The translations under genes were made by a program, and so were the position numbers. Source: Gonapodya sp. JEL0774 (Eukaryota). From it: DNA of 32,896 nucleotides. The stretch covers positions 186,001 to 218,896 of the forward strand of contig JADIIX010000020.1 in NCBI GenBank assembly GCA_027604505.1, given 5' to 3'. The notes under the pieces are model-generated. The model saw only the letters and a program-made list of their open reading frames with translations. It was not told where the DNA came from and ran no database searches. Position 1 is the first letter of the stretch; each line of letters begins with the position of its first letter. Below, in pieces: positions 11,997 through 22,165 of this stretch.

Positions 11997-13499
11997 TCAT
12001 TCTATCGGCCGCTTTATCTCTTCAAGCAGGCGCAGTGCTATGCTACTAGCTTCAAGAGGATCTTTCGCTTCAAAAGCCTGCAGATTGTCTTGGTGACATT
12101 CCGGAGTTCCTTGGAACGCCGCCTCCCGGCACGAACGGATCTTCCCGTAAATGTTATCTATGTACACAACTGGCCGACCCAGCAATGTTGCGAAGATTGT
12201 TGCGTGCAGTCGATCTGTCACAACGATTCTGGCTTCCGACACGATTTGGTTGCCGAGAGCGATCCGCCGTTCCACCATATCCGTTTTATCGTAGCCTGGG
12301 TTCATCCACATGCGATCTGGGAGCTTCCAATCTCTATGTACGTATGTGATGTTCGCTTCGTCAAAAGCTCGCTCAACAATGTTCCAACCTCCGTGTTCAA
12401 CCCGAGTTTCGTGATCATTGCGCCCAAGAATAAGCACATCATAAATTGGAGAAGAGTCCGGGCTTATTGGCCCAACCATGAACGCCATATCAGGAACAAA
12501 CATTGAAGGTATCATCGGAAAATACTTTCTGGCGTTCTCAAGGGAGTCCTGAGAGCGCCAGGTCATTGTTAGTCTCTTCCTATGTCGCGACAAAACGACT
12601 GAATCATTTCTTGCGATATCCCAGTCGCGGTAATACATAGATTGGGGCATAATGATCATCGGAGTTTGTTGGAGAAGTTCAAGGAGAGAAAAGCGATTTT
12701 CATGCCAACTCCGCCATAGGTCTCCAAAGTTTCCGCCCCCTGGGAAAGAATATAGTGATATTCGACAGAGAGACGGCGATGGGGATGAGCCGCCAACGTG
12801 ATAGGTGAAATGTTCAAAGGTCATTCATGACAATATCGTTTTGAAAGCTATCGAAACTCCAAGTGTCTCACCATGAGCAAGAACAACAAACGAAGAGCCT
12901 CTGGAGCTCAGATTCTGCGCAAGTTGTTCCATATTGCAATCCAAACGGGCACCGTCGTGTGTGCACATTTCAACAATGTCTAGGCCCAAAATCCGGACCA
13001 ATCGCTGTTCGCCTCCCCTTCATAAACGAGTAGAGGTTACGAGGTGAGGTTGGCAAGAATGGGCATAAGGTCGGAGCGGAATTGTGGAACAGTTGGGCGG
13101 AAGAAGCACAAAGGTTAAGAACGTATCGACGCCCCCAAAAGCCATTTCACGTTATTACCAGATCCAGTTATCGCCAATGTTGTGATGTGCTGCCATGTCT
13201 GGCAAGAACACTTCTTTCGCATCCCCAAGTATTGATTTCATTCGTGCGATGATATCCCACCGCACCCGCTCGAGGCACTTCAATCGATTCCATTCACGAA
13301 GAGCTTTTGTCTCTAGTGCTGCCACTCTCCTGGCGCGGTGTTGTAGGGGGACGCCATTGTTCGGATATTGGGTGAAGTGCAGACGAGTCATCAGAGCGAG
13401 GACCACAATCCCAGAGAGAATAAGCATTTGCCATATCAAGCGAGCGCGACGCGGCGGAGAGCTTCTTTGAAGGAGATAAATATTCTCGTGATCCGACAT
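11997..13499 (-). CDS. Polysaccharide pyruvyltransferase (Pvg1/EpsI-like), type II membrane protein; exons 13499-13159, 13017-12872, 12739-11997
   Basis: Spliced product gives HHNIGDNWIWGGEQ, LAHGGGNFGDLW, MPQSMYY, PDMAFMVG, VVTDRLHATIFATLLG, DNIYGKI; N-terminal TM LIWQMLILSGIVVLALM. Confidence 0.9.
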
Positions 13500-14102
13500 T
13501 CGGGAGACTCCTTGGGCACCTGGGAAATCAGGGGCCGGGTGGATGAAGATGAAATTAATTAATTACGCTCAGATGACCCTATTGAGTCACGGTGCCCGCA
13601 AACCTTCATTGAAAGGAAAGACAAACTCATGCAGACCTAGTAGATATTCGCTTACAAGCTCCATGTGATACTGCGTATGGAGTTCACACAGGTGATTCCT
13701 GGAGGGGATTAAACAGCCAACCATTTTGGGACGTTTCCTAGAATGCGCTTCACTCAATTCTTGCGTGACTTTGCATCTTTTCCTTGAGAATTGGATAAAG
13801 CAAAAGTGCGAGAAAGTGGCGTGTGGTGAGTACTGAGAATTATCACTAAGAATGCACTGTTTCTATTACTATTGACTATACAGCCGGTAAGAAGTGTGTT
13901 CAGGGGAAACTGCAGTCTCCAAGGGTCTCAACACAAGAGATATCTGCTGATGAGACCCTGCCAAAATGACCCGCACCCCATAATATGCATCCGGCATCAA
14001 CTATTTATTTATCTCCACAATTCCCACCAAACTTCCTAAATTCAAGGACCAAGACTCCGGAGATCTAGTCCTGCTTCTATCCCATCGTTGGATCTCGGTG
14101 GA

Positions 14103-17100
14103 ATGCGCTTTTCATCGGACATGAAGGGCACGCTCCGATTCCTGATCATTCTTTTGAGCTGGTACGCAGCTACAACAATCACAGCCGCGTCAACCAAGCA
14201 TGCACTGCGACTCTCTCCGCGTCCCATCGCCCTTACATTCTCTCAATTCGCTATTTCGACCCTTCTCACAATTGTCGTGTTCCCAGCAGCTCGCCGACCG
14301 ACGAAACCTTCCAGCGCCGAGGTTGTGATTGGAACGGAAGATGATACTTTCTTTCACCGTCACGGCAAGGGATGGTGTTTTGGCCTTACCAGAATCTGTC
14401 TCCACAAAGCGTCGTCTCTACCACTGGGTTTGCTCCATTTCACTGCCCAGATTTTTAACCTCGTTGCGATCAACCAAATGCCAGTATCTCTGGTTCAAGT
14501 TACAAAGGCAGGTGTTGTGCTTGTCGAAAGCCTGTTCGGGTTTGTAACCACTTGTATCAGTCGCTCGCTCCTTTGTACACAGTTGTCGCGTCCAGCATCT
14601 TTTTCTCCCTCTCATATCCCTCAAAAGTGTACCGTGCGTTAATACCGGTGGTCCTCGGTGTGATGATTACCTGTGTCGACGGGTTGGACGATGTTTCAAT
14701 TCTGGGAGTTCTTGCGGCCCAAACCAGCTGTGTGTTTTTCGTGGCTCAGAGTCTTTGGACAAAACATTTGCTGAAGACGACGGGGTCATGTTTGTACTCA
14801 GAGAACATCGTTTCGGATCAAGTCTCAATGGTTTTGTTCGATACTTTCGTTGTGGGGACAGTCGCTTCAATCCCTCTTCTGACGCTGGAAGTCAACATTT
14901 ACAAATGCGATGTCCATGAATTTTCGTGTTTTTGGGAGGATTTTCAAAATGTTCGGAGACTGGTCCTTCTCAATGGCATATCGTTCTTTGTGCAGACCAC
15001 TTTAATGAGCATCATTCTAGAAGTGTCGAGTCCGGTTACGTATTCAGTGGCCAACCTCTTCAAGCGCTTGATTGTGATTATTGGCTGCATTTTCTTGGCA
15101 AATGAGAGTCTCTCGTGGACCCAGATTGTTGGCACCACTATGACGCTTGTCGGATTACGACTTTACCAAGTGAGTCATGTGTGCCAAGAAGTTGTACATC
15201 ATCTTAAATCGTACGCTTTGATGAACAGCTTGCTGCTTGGGATGTCAACCGCACCGAAAATCCCCCAGTTAACATCGCAAATCAGATGGTCAAGAATTCT
15301 CACGATTTGGGTGGAATTTGTAAGCGGACATGGATAAAGCGGACGTTGATTTCTCTCGCCACCGTTGCATCGGTGGCGTTGATCCATCCATCCGCTCGAG
15401 TTCCCCACTTACCACGGTTTCTTCGGCACACCGAAGGCACGGCAAATCAATCTTTATTGGACAGAGAAATACCAAGTTGTAAAGCTCCGGTATCGATTGT
15501 AACGGCCTGCAAGAACCGCCCCGATACGTTCGGTCGGGCGTTTGCGTCTTGGCTCCGGACGGACCTCACTCCGAGGTCAGTGGTAGTTGTGGACTGGGGA
15601 TCAGATTTGCCATTACTCTCCATAGCGGAAAGAGAACTGGTTCAGTGGGCCACGGAGCAAGCGCGACAGAATGCTTCATATACGAGTGACCGTGCGTGCA
15701 TGCAGAGAATGGACGTGACAGTTGTGCGTGCTTACAATGAAAGCTCGGAAGACTTGAAATGGACATTAACATGGGCGTTCAACTTAGGGTTCCGGGTGGC
15801 TGAGGATAAAAGGTTGAGGCTGCAGATGAAATCTAGCGAGACACCCCTTGCTTTCATTTCCGAGGGTAGTCCAGAAGATGTCGTCCTTAAGCTTGACTGT
15901 GACAACGCCTTGCACCCACGCTTTAAAGCCTTCTTTCCCTATTCGAATGAGTCAATGCACAGTACTTGGTCTACTGATTTCGCGCTGCCAGCCAACAGCT
16001 ACTTCTCAGGAAACTGGCGAACTGCGCAGGACGAAAATGAACGTCATTTAAATGGAGCTTTCCTTGCACGAAGTTCTGATGTCCACCGCGTTGGCGGATT
16101 TGACGAACGCATCCAAACTTACGGGTGGGACGACAGCGACTTGTTTGAACGACTCTCGGGTTCGACTGATGTCACCGAGCTTTCATTCAATACTTTGCAT
16201 CAACTGAAGCAGATTGACTTCCCTAGATTTGCTATACAACATATTCAACACGTGCGGTCAGACAACCTTGGATCACGCCACGGAAACGTCATCAACGCCA
16301 ATGCAGGGTTCGAAACACTCAAGAACATGATTCTCATTAATATGGTCCCAAAATGGAACAATACTGCGGCAAAATGTCAATTCACACCAATGAATCCCGA
16401 TCTCATCCGGCGTTTTGATTCACCTGCAAGGACTGTTACATTGAGCACAATAACGACATCTCCGTTGCGTTGTCCGATGGCACTGGACCAAGAAGTTACG
16501 CGGAACCAATATCGTGATGTTCTCACTACTGCATTTCATCAAACATTTTCCAAATTCGGCCTTGCGCCTGATGTGTTCTTTGACGTAGATTCCGAGTACC
16601 CCGCGCGACTTCTCCAAACACTAACTATTGCAACCAGACATAAGTCTCCCATATCTCCACTCGAACCTAATCCACCGGTTGTGGGCATTTTAACAGTGGA
16701 CGTTCAGCGGGGGCTTGCAAACCGGCTACGCACTCTGGCATCCGCAGCGGCGGTTGCAAGTGCAGTTGGTTGGCACCTACGAGTGATTTGGGTTCCTGAT
16801 AACCACTGCAAGGCAAGGTTCCGAGATCTTTTTCAGACAGGAACCATGGATGTTTGGGATGAGCCCGTGAGCACAACAGAGTTCGAGGCAACTGCAGAGT
16901 TTACTGAAAAGTACTCATACATGGATCGCGATGGCGGTTTGAGGACCCCAATTGACACAGAAAGCAGAACAGATCCATCTCAGTCGCCTTTGAAAGACCA
17001 CCAAATACATCGGCTTCGTCATATTTACATTAAAGCCGGTACCTACCTAGCTCACCCCGCTGGCGGACCTGATATGGGACGTTATCGCTTCCACCTTCTC

Positions 17101-17571
17101 TCATTGGAGCCGGTCGACCGCATTCGAAACATGATCAGCGAGGTTCAAAGTCGGTTTGAACAACCTTATGTTGGGGTTCACATGAGGTCCCTACCCCCAG
17201 AAAATGAAGTGGCTGATTTGCAGAGCTCCGATTACAAGTCCGAAACTTGGAAAAAATTGAAAGAATTCCGCAGTATGGGCTCCAGTCTGGAAGCATTTGC
17301 ATCTCGCTTGCCTTACAATGGAAATACTACTGTGTACGTTTCGGCGGACAACCCTCAGTTGGCGAAGGATTTCGCCAACAGACTCGGCTCAAAAGTGATA
17401 TATTTGGTCAACAAAGGATGCGTGGATCGGTCGGTTGTTTGTGTGTCGTATGCTTTGGCAGATCTTTGGATATTGGGTGGGGCGCGAGCATTAATCGGGA
17501 GTCCATGGAGCTCCTTTTCAGAGGTGGCAATGTCTTTGGCTGGAGTCCCCATGGACTTAATTTCAAACTGA
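14103..17571 (+). CDS. Predicted fusion: TPT/SLC35E-family transporter + TM + GT7C-like + fucosyltransferase-like domains (paralog 2); exons 14103-14507, 14561-15169, 15229-17571 (~1118 aa)
   Basis: TPT motifs PIALTFSQF, PVSLVQVTK|SLAPLYTV, SPVTYSVANLFKRLIVI. Phase-0 intron 15170-15228 (gtgagt..aacag) continues without a stop (LAAWDVNRTENPPVNIANQ) into ORF 15286-17571, which shares many blocks with 9389-11929. Domain calls are firmer than the fusion itself. Confidence 0.75.
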
Positions 17572-17957
17572 CTCACACGGCAACGAGCCAACCGGCTTGA
17601 GACATATACTGTTCGCTTTATACATCACAATGATTATTGATTGACAGTTCTTTCAGATAGTATCAGATTTAAATGTAGTAGCACGATTCGCTGAAGAACA
17701 TCCTCACACGCTCCTCGCTCGGTATCATCTGACTGCGGTCTACCGTGCGATGATGAAGACAGAGGGTTTTCGCGGTGCTGGTTTTGGAGGAGATAGGTTT
17801 CCTGTGTGCCACCATGTGTTATTAGAGATTGGCCTGCAGTGCACCATTTGTACACACAAAGCTTCGCCCAAGCAACAACGGCTGATGACAGGAAAGTCTC
17901 AATATTTTCACTTATCAAGGCCTAGCCTTTCTTTTGGGTAATCTCCTAAACTCTCCA

Positions 17958-19610
17958 ATGAGCTTGTCAAGAACCAATGTTCGTTCAGGTTTTGGGGACC
18001 GATATCACTACAGGAGGAAGACTTCCGAACCACCGCCTGAGAATCATCACCGATCCGTGGGATCGCTCAGCCGCCATCTTAGCGTCTCCACTGAGCTGCA
18101 CTATCCGCGAGCTGCTGAAGGTCGCAATTCTCGTCCAAGTTCTCCCTCACCTCCCTACTCGACCCCATTTCATCCTCCTCCTGAGTCTACCATTGCACAC
18201 AATCCTTTTCGGGAACCTGTAGCTTCAGGTTTTTTGTGGACGTCTCCTGTCCCAATTATGCCTCCTGAGGTCTGGGAGCATGTTTTCTCCTTTTTGACTT
18301 TTCGAGCGCTGTTCGCCATCAGACTTGTTTCCAAGAAGTGGATGGCTCTTGCCGACATTGGAGTCAATGCCAAATGGAGACGTGAGGGATGGAGTCTTAT
18401 AGTTCGACTGGACACTTTTGGCAGGAAATCAGGAATGGGACACCTTCAACTCATCCACATTGATGGTGTGAGTGCTTGTATTTGTCAACCTTATATTGTT
18501 ATTATACCCTAATGTCTTATGATATAGGTTCGGTGGCATTTTCGGCCTAGTGCTCCATTTTTGCTCAACCACCTTCCAATCGGTACAACACTCAGATGGA
18601 GGTGTTGGATGGTTCCCGGACTCGCTGGCGCTTCCGCGCTGCCTGACGACTCTTCATTCCACGTTGCGGGTATGCCGAGTAGTACTGATTTGCGTGGTGG
18701 TCGCCAGGTTGCGGAATCCGATATACGTACGGCATTCAATGTTGAGGGTGGCGATGATGAACCAGCGTCTAGGCAAGGCGTGCTTTGGCGCTATCCCGCA
18801 GACACATCTTTTCTTTTCAAGATTAGAGTTGAGAAGTCATCAGAAGATTCTCGCGATGTTTTCGTGGATGGATTCGTGTGCACGCCCGGATTTCTGTTCA
18901 GTGGATCAACTGATGTCTCCCACTTTTTCGGACTAAACTCAACCGGCCTTCCACATGTCTCACGCTCTTCGTCGTCTGGGACATCCTCCCTTGCATCAAT
19001 CTCTGTCCCTTCTCCGACAAATCCCCATCGTTTCCAACAACCGCTCTATGACTCTGCTCTCGCCGACTTTGTTCTTCGTACTGCTGAAAGTACTATTGAG
19101 AGCCTCGACGCTTCGCTGTTTCTTTCTGATGATGCTGTTGCAGTTTGGCTTGCTCGGGCCGCTCTTGGAGATCGCGATGATGCTGCGCTACCTCATGTAA
19201 TTGCGCACTATGCTTGGACGAAAGAGCTCTTATCCGTGTCTCGTGATGTGCTGGGTCAACTCATGGAGCGGCATCGATTTCCCACGGACTGGGGTTGTGT
19301 AGCACCTGCACAAGCAGTGGCATCTCTATTGGAGCAAAACTACGGGTATAGACGGAGACTATACTCTTCCCTACGTCGGGTTCGATTTCTTGTAGATGGT
19401 CGAAGCTGGGTCGGAGATGATACTGACGGAAATTGCTCGAAGCGTGCCGAGTGCAAATACCCTGCGAGTACTATATCAATTGGGAGAGCACTGGTCGCGG
19501 ACATGAAACGGCGAAACGACGGTTTGCTGGCAATAAAGCCGTATTTGGCCGGTGAGCTTGCTCGCGTAGTGGAGGAGATTGTGAATAAGGTTGGGTCGAT
19601 GTCGGCTTAG
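17958..19610 (+). CDS. F-box protein; exons 17958-18467, 18528-19610
   Basis: F-box motif MPPEVWEHVFSFLTFRALFAIRLVSKKWMALA; phase-0 gtgagt..atag intron joins ORFs 17934-18512 and 18561-19610; C-terminal region unrecognised. Confidence 0.8.
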
Positions 19611-19917
19611 AGGGTTTACTTTTTATTGTGGTCAATTGTAGAACGTACTCCGCACAGAGGGCGCACTACGTATTGAATAGGGTTTATCCTATATTACATG
19701 CATCCATATTTAAGAATCCGGAGCAAAAGCTTACAGTAAGATCGATCAGTCCAGCTGGCACTCCTCTGTGTGAAGTCCATTAGTCCCAGAGACGTTGACC
19801 AGTAACACGACGAAATCGAAGCAGTTGTTTAATATATATGTAAGATGGATCGATGTTGACTCAAGATTTGCTACGAAATGTTTTAGATTGGCCGGGTTAA
19901 GTACATTCAGGTAGCGC

Positions 19918-21413
19918 CTAATGCCACCCGTCAAAGGTAACGTTGCAGTAATCTGCACTACCAAAATATCGTGCTGCTCTGCCGATATCAAATCTGTGTT
20001 TGTACTCCGCAATTGCTTCATCCCTCCCAAAGTGGTGATCCTCGAGTGCCATGGAATCCAAGAGGCAAAAGGTTCCATCTAGGAACATTTTGCGGAGTAC
20101 AGGGTACTCAGCACCTTCAACGTCCATTTTGACGATTCTAGGAAAAGTAAAATGAACTAAAGTGCACAAAATAACGGGTAAGAAAACCAGACGTGTGGAG
20201 AAACACTCACACATAATCGTCCGGGTGAACGTACTCGCGGATGAAAGAAGAGAAGTCGATCATGGCCACCTACGACCACAGAATTAGCACCGAAAGTCAC
20301 GTTGACCAGAGTATGTAGTCCCTCGCCCACTCCCACTCCCGCAACATTCGGTACTCACTTCAACTTTGGTGCGGTTTGCACCCAAACCACCCCAGTCCAC
20401 CACACTCGAGCCCCAGCTGGGAAGTCCTTCCTTTGAGCCATGATTAGGATCATCAACATAGAATGTTTGCGGTGTAAAATTGTCCGATACACATGCGTCA
20501 AAGTACTGGGTTATGGTCGATTGTTGTGAGTGAGAAGTTAGTACATAGTCGAATCACGGTGAAGTGCAATGCTTGCCGTCTCACAGTAAAGTCCAGCTTC
20601 TGAGCAGCATCCAGCAGCCGTTCGCGCAAGGCGGGATTGCATTCAAAACCAATTTTGACAAACTCTGCCGCATCTGGGTGGCCTTTCACGAAGCCATACA
20701 TTGTGTCTCCAACACTGAGAGAGCAATACGTCAGGGCAGAACAAAAAGTGCTTTCGACAAATCTTACTTCATCCCGAGGTCGAACCAGAACTTCTGAATG
20801 GGTGAAACACACCGGAGGTGAGCGGAGCAGTTTAGAAGGAACCCGCGAGTGCTTGTCAAAGCGTACTTCTGCTACGTGGCTTCACTACACAAAAATTACT
20901 TACTCTCGGTTTGCCATCCGCAGAAGGAATTGGTTCACCCTTGATTGTGCGCGTGGAGTCGTGAAGTGGAATAGGCCATGTCGGGCGGGGCTGCACCGGC
21001 TTTGTTGGCTCCACTACTTTGCTGAGCTCTGTCTGCTTGGGCCTTACAGCCGCGTCGAAGACATTCCAGCACTCCGCTTCGAGATTGGGGTGGGGTGCAC
21101 GAGGTATTAGATTTGGTGGTGTGGACTGGGCTTGGGCAAGGCATTCTAGCAGGACAGAGCGAGGTTTTTCAAGAGCGAGAACGATGGATTTGGTGGTGTT
21201 GGTGGTGGCGAGAGAAAGATTTGTGAAGTTGATATGCTGGTGAACAAAGAAGTTGAATTAGACCGATTCGTGGAAAGGAATAGAGCTTCCGATCGAGAAT
21301 AAACGTACCGATAGTGTTGCAATCACTATCACGGTCAACCCTACGCAGGTCAGAGTCTTCCACGAGAAGCGTAGGTTCGAGGAAGGACGGGAAGGAATGG
21401 GCGCGGGGGTCAT
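19918..21413 (-). CDS. FkbM/Methyltransf_21-like SAM-dependent methyltransferase with N-terminal type II membrane anchor and Pro-rich stem; multiple short exons
   Basis: Exon 1 21413-21309 (MTPAP..LTCVGLTVIVIATLS), exon 2 21236-20904. Then spliced KFWFDLGMNVGDT, GFECNP, IDFSSFIREYVHPDDY, IVKMDVEGAEYPVLRKM, ALEDH; stop 19918-19920. Exons 1-2 are not in the ORF track. Confidence 0.8.
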
Positions 21414-21752
21414 TGTGACGGCGGATGGCACGCGATGGGCTACGCTGTATATTGGCGCTTGATTTTAATAGAGGTATTCACCGGGTTTGGTTGACATGAA
21501 TTGTGATGGCGCGTTTGCCCAGGCCCTGCTCATCGACGATCAATATGAGGCCACAGAGGGGTAATGCTAATAAAAAGTTGTATCGCTTAATGTGCGTATT
21601 AACGGGATGAAAAACATCGGATGGCTGGTTCGTAGAGACCACTATAACCAATCAGTCTCGCCCAACAACTAGTGTTCACTGATTGGCAATTGTTACTTGT
21701 TGCAGAGTGTCACCCCTTGACACGTAGCGAGAAGAAACCAACATTGAATGAA

Positions 21753-21806
21753 TAGCGAAAGATTTAATGGGATGAAAAGTAGCGATAGATTTAATGGGGT
21801 GAAGAG
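21753..21806 (+). repeat. 27-bp imperfect tandem duplication, intergenic
   Basis: tagcgaaagatttaatgggatgaaaag / tagcgatagatttaatggggtgaagag. Confidence 0.8.
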
Positions 21807-22165
21807 TAGTAGGCCGCATGGAGGACGGACAGCCTGCCAACTACGATACTTGAGAAACTGAACATGACTTGTATTCATTTGGCATCGGATGAGGTCTTGA
21901 GATCAACGAAGACAATCACTCCAGCCAGCAAGCACGGTTGATAAGACCGGTGCTTCATGAGTCGGCAGCCAGCAATCCGACGCTAGTGCGGGGAACAATC
22001 GGATACATGCATGATGTTTCTCGAAGTTCCAGGTTTTACGAGGGACACTATTATGGTATTCTCCCTGTTGAACATTCAGTAGGTGCAGTTACTACGAAAG
22101 TGCTATAGGCCAGCGTGCCATCACATAAATAGAAATTGGAAGCTCTGAACGTACTTCGAACTTTA

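Noticed and set aside
11988..12506. 172-aa plus-strand ORF (also 827-1147, 7931-8236, 20637-21110, 24956-25372, 32002-32319)
   Set aside because: Antisense shadows of well-supported genes, with no recognisable motifs.
21753..21806. CRISPR-like array (also 5233-5278)
   Set aside because: Only two adjacent copies, no spacers, eukaryotic context.
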